In this document: positions 41,792 to 52,927 of the stretch, piece after piece
How positions within the stretch are numbered: position 1 is the first letter of the stretch
How the letters are laid out: each line of letters opens with the position of its first letter
From: Amoeboaphelidium protococcarum X5
Taxonomy: Eukaryota > Fungi > Aphelidiomycota
NCBI GenBank assembly: GCA_023515725.1
Contig: JALDTO010000200.1
Location: forward strand, 62,001 to 126,000
Direction: 5' to 3'
Length of the DNA: 64,000 nt
The notes under the pieces: generated by a model
Databases searched by the model: none
What the model was told of the DNA's origin: nothing
Seen by the model: the letters and a program-made list of their open reading frames with translations, nothing else
Program-made: the position numbers and the translations under genes

Positions 41792-41900
41792 CGCTCTTAC
41801 TGTTGCTCTATTACTGTATTTTTCACAAATTAAGCGAATTAGGGACAGCAACGGATTTTCACCGCCGATCAGCTGTTGCGCGCGTAGCCTGGACTGATCA
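41792..41900 (-). ncRNA. Predicted Fanzor omegaRNA: scaffold running to the element end, plus a guide from flanking DNA
   Basis: Structured segment between the stop codon and the TIR: ACAGC/GCTGT and GGCGG/CCGTT stems around TGAAAAT, with GATCA/TGATC complementarity. Position is typical of TnpB/Fanzor omegaRNAs. The 5' boundary is unknown. Confidence 0.6.
41814..41837 (+). repeat. Terminal inverted repeat at the Fanzor 3' end
   Basis: 20 of 24 positions match the reverse complement of 44572-44594. Preceded by TA. Confidence 0.85.
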
Positions 41901-43988
41901 TTATTGAGGGCGAGGAGGATCGAATCGAAATGGAACCGGCCTTTCACCACCGTCACGAATTCTTGCCAGAAAGATGTCGCGAATGTTTCGTGCCGCATTC
42001 AAATCACGGTGCCAGATAGCTAAGCAATTGTTATTTGGACAATGCTTAATTCTCCATACTCGTGATTGAACAAGCTCACACTCACAATTACTACATCTTT
42101 GACTGGTTCGATACTCAGGGACCAAGCGGACTCTGCAGCGTTTCTTCAGCTCGTAAAACAGCCGCTTGTTAGGAGTCGCAGGATATCCAGGAGAAGCAGT
42201 GTCAAAGTTGCCAGCGTCATATGCTATGATGGTGTTATGGTCAAACTAACCATCTTGGCGGAGAGTTAACATACGCGCCAAATTGTCATAGGCCCTTTGA
42301 CGCTGGAAGAATAGCTTTCTCCTCAGCTTTCAACACATCTCAGGACGGTAGAAGCCAGTGAATGCATCTCTATGTTGCAGTACGTACTGCAAATGTTAGA
42401 TGATTCTCAGAAACGAAGTTGATTTAGCGGAAGGAATGTGGGCCATGGCATTAACGATCTCTGGAGCTCTTTCATTCCATTCAGCCCGCTTCTTTTCACC
42501 GAAATTTTCTCCGTTCTCTTCACGCCATCTGGCAGTCGTGTATACCAACTCATGCTTTCCATTTGCAAACGACGTCTGATCGGTTGGAACATCTGGGATT
42601 CGGTCATCAGGACCACAAGAAGCAGCCAGAAGTATGCCACGATTGACGTCAATTCCGATTACGCGAGTTTCATGGTTTACATCCAGTTCTTGATATCCGG
42701 TACCATCGAAAGCAAACCCGTAGCGGCTAGCAGGAGGAGCACGATACGCAGGCTGTAAAACGGAAGCAGAACATCCAACACCATCGGATGTTATGGAGTA
42801 GCCAAAACGCCTTCTCTGATTACCAGTGGTGGAAACCTTGTTTAATTTGAAACAATGTGACCACAAAGCGTGAGCATTCATCTGACGAACGTCTGGCAGA
42901 TTAGCAGCAACACAAATTTCCTTCAATACATTGGAGGTGATCAGGATGTGCTTCTGCGTAAATCCATTTAAAGGCAATAACGCGTAAACGTTAAGCAGAG
43001 GACCTTCATTGTTCAGCAGATACTCCTCCTCATACATAATATGGTTATTTTCAAATGTACGAAGGATACGCCACATGGATTTCAGATACAGATGCCAGTT
43101 GTTCTGAAGACTAGGCTTGTCCATTGGAAGATTGCAAACGATGTACTAACGTGCGCGCGTCTCGTAATAGTCCAGGTAATATACCACCAATTCTCCGTTA
43201 TCACAATTATTAATGATTTCTGCAGGATAAGGAGGCATTTCTTCACTATCTTCAGGCGGATCTATCAAGGCCAAGACGTAAATAGCAAGAGTATTTACAT
43301 CATCTTCCTCCAAACAGAAGCCGAGATGCTTTCGAAACTTGTGGCGCAGCCATTGTTTCAGCCTTGACGGCAAATTTGTGCTTATATGTCTAGCGCAATC
43401 GTCATTGTGAGCTGAAGCCAAGGTAGTAACCATGTTTGAGTAGCCTCGCATGTCACACCAAAACAAGTCAACGAGACGACGAGAAACATAGTGTGCTTCA
43501 ATATACTCGTTTAAAGCCGCCCAGTTGCAGGTATTACGATTAAGCAGATCACGCCGCCTAGGATTAGCAATCAAAGAGCTGAAGAAGTTACACATCTATC
43601 CATTTGCGCCAAAGCGGATGTCTGGCATTGGAGTGTCAGGATTGTATACCAAATGATTAAGCACGAAGGACAGAAGAAGTCTGCATGCCTCTACTTTTGA
43701 GATCAGTACAACGCGAAACCAAATCGCTGATCTCTTGCTTTACCGCGTCAAGTTTGCAAAATACATTTAAACCGATAGGTACAGCTACTTAGGCTTGGGC
43801 CACAGGTATTCCCATATTGTCTTGTGGTTTGGCAGCATTTCGTGCACGAGGGACATAACTGGGACACAGTTTACTGGATGAGGCTTGTTATCGTCACGAC
43901 CACATTCTTTACAATGTACTTCTCGTTGACATTTACGCGGCGGTAAGACACCACCGATATCTGCTACTTCTATAGGGGGATCTGCCAT
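41898..43988 (-). pseudogene. Fanzor1 RNA-guided endonuclease, about 696 codons, with an in-frame TGA at 42330-42332
   Basis: YALLPLNGFTQKHILI, FGYSITSDGVGCS, RuvC-I VIGIDVN, IIAYDAGNF, RuvC-II VPEYRTSQRCSNC, CPNNNC, RuvC-III WHRDLNAARNI. All lie in one frame bridged by TAR codons. Confidence 0.9.
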
Positions 43989-44571
43989 TTCTGATTTTAT
44001 TGAAGAAAAGAAGTGAAACCTGTCCGATTGTGCTTTTATAGTCAAAAAACCCAACTTAATGATTGACAGAAAATGGCTTGGACGAATCTCAAAATGGAGT
44101 CCCGCTTTGCCAAATCCAATTTTAATCGCCAAGTTCAAGTAGTTACTATAAATAGGAGGAAGCAAGTTAACGTTAAAATCTTGACACAAGATATAGACAG
44201 CCGCTTAAATGAGAAGTGACCAATGCGTCTATGAAACATCTAATGAAGTTAATCATCGGTTGATCAATAAACTATTTATATTTTGATCAAGCGCAATACA
44301 TTTTGTTAAATTTATATTACGCATTATTATACTTCGGCTCACGCTTACATGGTAGTTTTTGGTCGTGCGCAATTATATTAGTACACATCAAGGCTGAATG
44401 TAGAGAGGCGTCATAGTAAAAGAGTCTTCTCATTATGGCCAACCTTCTATTTTGAATTGGGATGCCAACGCAAGTTTAAACATGCTCCTGATTGAAGAGT
44501 AATTTGCAGGGAGTGAGAAACGCCCATAGTGGATTTGTCGCCTTGAAGGCGCGCCTGACCTTTTCTGTGAA

Positions 44572-44594
44572 TCGCTTAAAATGTGAAAATACTG
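44572..44594 (-). repeat. Terminal inverted repeat at the Fanzor 5' end
   Basis: Reads TA|CAGTATTTTCACATTTTAAGCGA on the minus strand. Confidence 0.85.
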
Positions 44595-44940
44595 TAATTA
44601 AGGAAAGGACCGTGGACAGAGCGGATGGATGGTCGGGCGAGGGAACGGGCTGTGGCTGAAACAAGAATGGGCACAGCAGTCTTATTTCAACAACCAAGGG
44701 GCCCGCAATGAGTGTGAGTCATTCTTCATGCGTTCCTTTGATGCATACAGAGAGCTGTGAAGTATTAGCCCAGGGATGAGGATGATTTGTAGCGTTTCAC
44801 GTTGACTTCTTTTTAGGGGGTCGTTCTTCAGATTATTTTTGTATTTGAAATTAAGTACACATTAAAACACGCTCTTATATACACATTGAAAGGCAATAAA
44901 TTTACTTCGAGAAAACTTTATTATCAAAATTTACATGAAA

Positions 44941-46074
44941 TCACTCATTCAGGGCGATTAGAGCCATAAGATATACGCCGCAGCACATTGAGCAGATTTA
45001 AAGCATAAACTCAAATATACTCACGTCTGAAGCCTCCAAAAGTTCGGGAAGTATAGCTACAGTGGCAGTGTAAATCAGTCCACCAGCAGAGAATGGAATT
45101 ACAGACTTTTCAAAGCCTGCTAGGACCGATGCCGCCTACTCTCCCTGAATCCAGATGCCAAACAGAACACCCAACACCGTTCCCATCGCTGACCACATTT
45201 GCATCAACACGGCGACCGGTTTGGAGAATCCACTTTAAATTAAAATTGCATAATCACTCACTTTATGTGGAATCTCGTGCAGAAATATGGCAAACGTTGT
45301 TGAAGCGGCAATACTAGGACTAGCATAATGTGATATAGACAGAGTCAGGCCGTCAGTAAAGGTGTGTGCCAGACTAGATAGTATGGACAGATAACCAGCA
45401 CTAGATTAATGATGATGATGGTGATGTTGGTGTGAAGGGGGTCCATTTAAAGCTTTGTCTTAACTTTACACTGAAGACGTTGACTCAGCCTTACGTTTAC
45501 GTAGCTCTGTCACATTAACCTTGGTAGCTTTCATAGATGAAGTTGACGATTTTTTTTACATATCGGCACTTTGAACAGCAGAATGAAGGTCCTGAGCAGT
45601 GTCTGAAGTAGAATGACTGCTATGATCATCGTGATGATGGTGATGATGATGATGATGACCTCCAGACACTGAGCGTATCAACTTGTCCACAATCATAAAG
45701 CAAATTAATCCAGCCAAAATTGCCAACATAGGCCCAATAGTATGTGCATGATTATGTGAGTGACTTTCCTATTTAGAATCATGATGATGGTTATCAGTAT
45801 GATGATGGTGAGAGCTGTGATCATGATGTCCATGTTCAGAATGCTGTTCCATCACAAACGGTATGACATGTAGGAATATATCTCCAAGTAGAGTTCCAAC
45901 AGCGAATCCAACCAGGATTGTCATTACTAAGTTAGGCAACTTTGCTGGTAGAAGCATCACAAGCAGGAGCGGAACAATGGTGACCAGTCCACAGGCAGCC
46001 AATGCATTATGGGAGGGTGAATTTGCACTCAAAATTTTAACAATCAACTACTACTACTATTGTAAGAAGTCCAT
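44941..46074 (-). CDS. ZIP-family (LIV-1/Yke4-like) zinc transporter
   Basis: FAVGTLLGDIFLHVIP, His-rich loops, AHTFTDGL, LHEIPHKVSDYAILIQSGF, PFSAGGLIYTATV. Ends MALIALNE. Confidence 0.92.
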
Positions 46075-46823
46075 TAAATACTTATAAATAACTATTGGAT
46101 ATAGAATTTAAAATGCTAAGCTGAATTTTTCCAATTAGTTTTGTATTTTAGATGTGAATCCTTTAAAGGACAACAAGTACAAAGTTGCACACGCCAAAAT
46201 CAAAATAACAAACAGCAAAACTAAGTAGCAAAAGGACCAAGTTTTGGTGGCTACAGTACACAACACATTAAAGCCGCGCGAGCGGTGGTGGGAGGCTGCG
46301 ACATGTCTCGAACCGTGTTTAACGCATCTGGTGTAGCACAATGTAATCGTGATCTCTGATTTTTAACTGAACAATGCTCATCGCACTTCGATCAAGTTGT
46401 TTATATATAAAAAAACATTCTATTCGCTGCGTTATAGAATATGATACAACTCGGACTAAAGAGGTTTCAATGGGCAGACACGCAATTTGGGCTTTAAACT
46501 CAAACCGTTTCGGCAATCTCTTACATCACTCGTTTGCCTCGTTATGCGCTGACTCTGAATTGCGATCGTGAATAGACGTCTTTTAAATGCTTTTAGATAG
46601 CACAAGGAAAAAACAAAACTATTATAATTTAAATAAAAAAAATTTTCCTTGATCTCTAGCTAGGAGTGGGAGGAATAACTGGAGGGCTATCCCCGAATGT
46701 ATACCGCGCCGGCGGATGATGAATCTCATTAACAAGATAGAGCACCGCGTTGATTCTTCAGATCAGTTGAGACAATAGTAACATAGTAAAAGTAAAGACG
46801 AGTGAACTATACATACTACTCAA

Positions 46824-49800
46824 TCAATTTGTTGATTTCAATAGACCAAACAATCCCTTCTTCTTGCCATTTCCAGATTTAGATTCTCCTTTCTTGGATG
46901 ATTTACTACTCATCTGACTACTTTGCCTTTGGTGTGAAGACTGCTGCTTCTGCGCCTGATCAGCAGTGTCTTCCGCAATCGAACTTCCTTGGTCTAAGAG
47001 GATATTCAGAGCTTGTTACACATTACCATTAGCGGCAGCTAGGGCTGTAGTGGCCTACTCTTCAGAGAATCCCATGCTGGTGACTTCTTACACTTTAGCC
47101 GCGTCTGATGATGAATTACTATTTACGGCCTTTTCACCGACATCACGATCACCGCTTTCATCAGCCACAGCATCAAAGAATGAAGTGTCGGCAACAATCT
47201 CTACAGAAGGTTAGCCTGAGGCAGATAGGACAGTACTCACCTTATCAGTTGGATTCTTGCCTGAAGGAGAGCTTGTGATAGACGCTGCTTCACCAGAAGA
47301 CTGAAACGGATTATCTGCCTGATTACTAGCTGTAAACAGCGAGTTAAAATCATCCGTCTGATTGGAATTAAAGGTAGGTACAGGGACCTTTGTAGAAGCT
47401 GTAGGAGACACAAATGGATTCTCAGCAGCTTGACTGAAGAAATCATCGCCAAATGGATCCGGACTAGATTAATCAGTAGCAGGTTTCTTCGAATTAGGCG
47501 ATTGCTATTAGGTAGCCGCACTAACTGGCTATTACGGTTAACTTACCACTCCAAAGAAATCCAAACCATCATCCATCTCCTTTTGCGGGTATTATTATTA
47601 TAGTACTTAGGCAAAAGGCGAACTATCAGCCTCAAAATCATCTTAATCGGATTAAAGAACCACTCCAGCTCCTCCATCCTGACCAAGAGATGCAAATTCC
47701 TTTTCAAATTCATCGAATGGATTCGGTTCCTTCTACTACTATTATTACTGCTGATCGATAGTTTAAGGCTCTTTGACGTGCTCACTTTCATGCTTCTTGG
47801 CAAAATCCTTTTCAAAATCATCGATGGAAGGGAATTTTTTATCAAAACTGCTCAATTCGCCACTCTTCACAGGTTGCTAAACATTATCAGGCGGAGATGC
47901 GTCTTCAATAGATGGCGATTACTTCTCCAGCTGCTAATTAATATCGTCCTTTTAATGTTCCTAAGGCGACGTGGCAGCCGCTTTGAAAAAGTCATCATCA
48001 AACGCATCACTTGGACTATCATAATTGCTAGTGCCTGAACTTGAAGCAATAACTGCTTACTTAACAGCCTACTGCTACTATTTAACAGGCATCGGCTGTG
48101 TAGAACCAAAGCCAAGATCAGAAAAGAAATCCTATTCAGCCACGGCTGACTTGGTTTTATCATTCTTTGATGAGGGCTATAACTGCACAGAGGTTGATGA
48201 CAAGCGTCGCGTACCAGAATCAGTGACTGGAGATGTGAATAGAGATGTTTACGCTGCAGGCTCAGTCTTCACGGATTTAATGCTTCGATTATCCCAATTC
48301 AAACTAGCTATATCTGGCTACTTTGCATTTTACAAATCCCTAACATTCTGCTCCAGCTGGCTCTTTTGATTACGCATACTATCGACATTATTAGAAAGAT
48401 TCTAAATCTCAGCGTTCTAATTCTAACGTTCCAACTGAATCGATGCAATCTGTTACTGGATTTGGGTAATCAGTTACTCCATCTATTGCTTTTCTTCTAT
48501 CAAACGCATAGCCTAAGTCCTATCAGCATTAAACTATAGCAACAAAGCTTCCTTTTCCTGTTAAATACTCTGGTATTGTTAATTTAACATTTACAAGTCT
48601 TGGCTCTACTTCTCTATCCACTATCTTCCTTCGATCGACTTTTACTAGATCTATTCCAACTCTCCAGATTCTTGAGATATTCTTCGATTCAAATCTTCAA
48701 TCTATTGCTGAGTCGCTGCAAACTTTGAGGACATTTCCCTGACATTATTCACCTCTTAATCTCGCTGCTACTTTATTAACATCACCTTCTATTCAAGTTC
48801 CTTCTTTTAAGAATCTAATCCGCCCAGATCTTATAACAGCTTCTATTATTTCGCCTACAATTCAGCCACCTCATTATTCAGCATTTATGAATTACTCTAA
48901 AGACTGGCAATTTCATCAGTTCTCTATTGAACATTTTTCTACAACCTGTCAACACTCTACGCCATCGCTTAACTATTCTACATATTTCTATCTAATGTTG
49001 AACTGTTATAATTGCCGCCATACATGCTACCACCAGTCATTTGCGGCTGGATAGGCTGGTGTGGGACAGAGAATAAAGATTAGCGCTTAGAATCCATATC
49101 TCCCGTCACACCAAACTGATTGGATAAATTACTCATGCCTTGAGACGGAGACGTGTGCATACTAGTATAACTCTGATTATAAGAGGGTGAAGTATTAGAT
49201 TACTGCGACATCATAGATGGCTACTAATGCCCAGAAGAGGTAACTTTCAATAGCAAACTCTGTGGAATCTATGGAGGCAATGGAGATCCTTATAAAACAC
49301 TCTTAATCAAAGACATTCCGATTATAAACTGAGCTTTACTTATTCTACCAGGAGTCGTGGGCAACATTGATGAGGTTGTCAACAACTTCCAGACTTGTGA
49401 CAGAATGTCCTAACCAAGATTAGACTTCATATAACATTAAGCACACTCCTAGTTGGAAATAGAACCAGATTGCATAGTGTCGATATTATTGAACACTGTT
49501 GCAAATTATTATAGATCAGCATCAGACAGTTGAAATGATCCAACATTGGATTAAGACCATTATTGATTACTCATTCCCATAGACAGTGAGCCATCAGTAT
49601 TAGAAGGTTGATAATAAGAATTCACAGAGCCACCAGTCTTTTACACAGGGACTACACATTTTTCATAAATAAGAATTACTCATAACAATTTTATAATGTT
49701 GAATAGCCACAGACTTACTAAATTATTGAGAGTTTTAACCAGGCGAACGTTGTTACATCTATTGCGCTTTTACAGCCTTCATCACTTGAACGAACCCATT

Positions 49801-50033
49801 AAAATCCAGCTACTTTTTCAGCATAACATCAACAGAGTTCCAAATCTAAATAGGAATAAAGACAATAATTATATCTAGATATTTAAAAATATATTATAAT
49901 GGCGTACCTTCATAAGAACCTCTTGTGCAAGTCCGCTTTATTAGAGAACTGGATAGGCCTACTAAGCAGTGATAACTGGAGCATCTCCAGCATAAGTCTT
50001 GTACACTTTTTTCAAACTATCCAGATCATCCAT
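46824..50033 (-). CDS. Ede1/Eps15-like endocytic scaffold (EH domains, coiled coil, DPF/NPF motifs, UBA); introns about 49846-49907 and 49652-49718
   Basis: SGLAQEVLMKIW and SNLGQDILSQVW EH motifs, long Q-rich coiled coil, DPF/NPF motifs, UBA-like TSMGFSEEQATTALAAANGNVQQALNILL. Confidence 0.85.
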
Positions 50034-50238
50034 ACTGATCAAAAACCAATCCAATAAAGATTAATACTGCTATATAGACGAGTTGATAATGACAGTATAG
50101 TGTACTTGAATAAAAGATACTTCAACTAATCACAAAAAGAAAAGAGAGGGAATTCTCAGATGAATCTGAAACGATAAAAGCGTTTGCATGTTCAACAGGA
50201 ATCAGGCTGGAATTCAATTACAATCATTATAATTTACA

Positions 50239-52758
50239 TCAACAACTAGAGTCAGTAGCAGATTATTTTCTAGAGTAATAATATACGAAAGCTTGAACAC
50301 CACAAGATGTTATGCTTTTCTTGATGATTCTCTCGGCTTTATACCAGTCTTGGACGTGAATAGATTGGCCAAATCGGGGCAAGTGAACAGACGCACTGTG
50401 TTGAACCGCAAACTAAAAAACCCGTTCCAGCGCTACATTCAGCACGTCAAGATCTATATCAGACACCTAGTCATTACGCAATCTTCTCTGAGCAACTACC
50501 AAAGCAACATAAATTTATGGGTGATCATTATGAGAGCCGATGTGAATACAATGTACATCGCCAAAGTGTAAATCTTTCATCTGATACGCAAGCAGATACT
50601 TCTCTTGTATCACAGGTGATAACAATGATAATGATCGGAAAAGACCAAATCGAGACCATCTACCAGAATCATCCACGCTATGGACAATTACGCAATTGTC
50701 ATCACCTCTAGGACGGGTAACATCACCGTTCAAGTATACAATTTCCTTCTCGTCGCAAAGCTCTGTGATATCACTTAAGACTTATTAATCAGCAATTCTA
50801 AGGGATGTATAGTCGTTATCATCCCACAACTTTCGCAACTTCCTCTACCTCTTCTCCTCTGCCGCAATTCTTCGCAAAAACCTCTCGTACCCTAGTAATT
50901 GGTTATAATCACTTTAATTATTACTACGAGGATCCTAGACGCTGATCTACGCTGCAAGGTCAATAAGATTCTAAGCGGACATTTTGCGCTCCCCAGAGTA
51001 ATCTTTACCTTCATACACGTACATACTATCTGGCTATGAAGAAGAATAAGATTACTGCTCATGGACCTACTATTAAGGTCCTCTTTAACGCAACAGATTG
51101 TCTATCCAAGTTGATAAATCCATGTGATTAGCAATTAGAGTAGATTAATCGTCTTTCAGTATTTACACTGCTCCAAACGTGACTATTTCACTCAAATTCA
51201 ATGACTGTCGTTCAGCATCACCAGTACCATCTTTAGTATCATCATGGTCATCTAAGAGCGATCGACTCAACTACAACTTCTATTATCCGCGGCGATATAT
51301 AATTTCATCTACGGTGCCTTTGCACATCAATTTAATGACAGACACTTCCTTGGACTGTCCTATTCTGTGCGCACGAGCAGCAGCCTGTAAATCCATCTAC
51401 GGATTATGATCAATGTCGTAGAATATCACCGTATCAGCATTGACTAAATTCAACCCGACACCACCAGCTCTAGTGCTCAAAAGAAATACGAAAGGACTCT
51501 GAGTTTTGTAGCGATCCAACACTTGAAATCTATCCTGACCGCGGACAGATCCATCCAAACGTTCGTACTCATATTACCGATAGTCCATGTAGTCTTGCAA
51601 TATGTCCAACATTGAAGTCATTTGACAAAATATTAACACTCGATGTTCATTCAATTTCAATCTATCTAATAGTAAATCCAAAGCAATCAATTTACCAGAA
51701 GTATCGACAAGATGTTCACCCAACTCAAATGGCTCCTTCTCAACTCCATTGAACAAGTACGGATGAGACACGCATTTCCTCAGCTAAATCAAAGTATTAT
51801 CTAGTGATTGAGTGGACTTTTAATTAAGCTAATATGCGTGTACAATCAAACTGATATCCTGCTTCAAGATTGAGCGATATAAATCCCGCTGCAAGTCTGA
51901 CATTCCACATTCTAGAACAACCTCCTGCAATCTTGGTAGAGTTAAAACTTATCTCTTGGTTCGTCGCAACATTACCTTATCAGTAAAAAGCTTTAATGAT
52001 TTCAAATCATCTTTATACCATTAGACAAATACCTTTGAAGTGACGTGTGACATTAATTGTGGATTGAGGAATTTCAACAGAGAATACAATTCTACCAAGT
52101 TATTCTGAATAGGAGTACCTGTCAGCAGTAATCTCTCTTTAATGTTCAAAGTATCAAGCATTTAAAAAGTCTTTGACTGGTCATTCTTCAATCTCTGTGC
52201 TTCATCAACACAGAGAAAGTCTAATTAAAGTCTGGATAAAACTGAATAATCTAGCAGAACCATCTCATACGATGTAACAATCACTTGCGCGTTCTCTAGA
52301 TTACCAATCTATAATGATCTTTCTTCTTTACTTCCATGATAAGCAGAGCATGTGAGTTACGGAGCAAACTAAACCATCTCTTCCATCCAATTACGCAGAA
52401 CGCTGAGGGGTACAACAACTAAAGATCGCGTAATGTTATGCTAAGACGTCAACCACTGGATGTAAGCGATTGACTGTATAGTCTTGCCCAAGCCTTACTC
52501 ATCAGCCAACATGCCATTCAATCCAGCTTGACGCTAATTTATAAGCCATTTTACACCATCAACTTGGAACTATTTAAGCTGTGGAATGAGATTTTGCTTC
52601 TTGTCATTATACTTATTAGAGTCATCCGGCTAAAAGAAATTTAGAATTCTCTCCTCAAATTCACCTCTTGAAATCTAATTAAAGTCATCCTCTAGTAGAA
52701 AGGATATTTCTTACTCACTATAGTCAGATTCCGCTTCACTAGATACGCTACCTGCCAT
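50239..52758 (-). CDS. CHD1L: CHD1L/ALC1-like Snf2 ATPase with C-terminal macro domain
   Basis: [71 protein letters not shown]. Macro domain [28 protein letters not shown]. Confidence 0.93.
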
Positions 52759-52927
52759 AGTTGACGGGATGAAAATGCAATTACCTGGCAGTTGAAACTC
52801 TTAAAAGGAACAAAATCGAAAGAGAAAGGATTGAGAGAGAGAGAGAATAGGCGGTGCTGATAACTAAAACGATGTGCTCATAGTCAATACTGGAAGGTAT
52901 AACGATAGAGATCTTTTATTTTAATAT

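Larger units (their letters stand above)
41814..44594 (-). mobile_element. Non-autonomous Tc1/mariner(pogo)-type TIR element carrying a Fanzor1 gene
   Basis: Imperfect 23-24 bp TIRs, CTGTATTTTTCACAAATTAAGCGA versus CAGTATTTTCACATTTTAAGCGA, each flanked by TA (41812-41813 and 44595-44596). The internal ORF has TnpB/Fanzor RuvC motifs. No transposase recognised. Confidence 0.88.

Noticed and set aside
42330-42332. Selenocysteine or programmed readthrough at the Fanzor TGA
   Set aside because: Not a catalytic Cys position, no SECIS recognised, and other lesions point to simple decay.
44196-44210. Alternative element end with a TTAA duplication (CGCTTAA, piggyBac-like)
   Set aside because: Only a 7-nt match. 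The 44572-44594 repeat matches 20 of 24 positions and ends in CAGTA next to TA. This site is more likely a subterminal motif.
43990-44570. Possible transposase inside the Fanzor element
   Set aside because: Only about 580 nt are available, and I found no DDE or HTH motif in the frames I translated.
46280-46345. GGTTCGAGAC resembling a tRNA T-loop on the minus strand
   Set aside because: No T-stem or cloverleaf pairing could be built.
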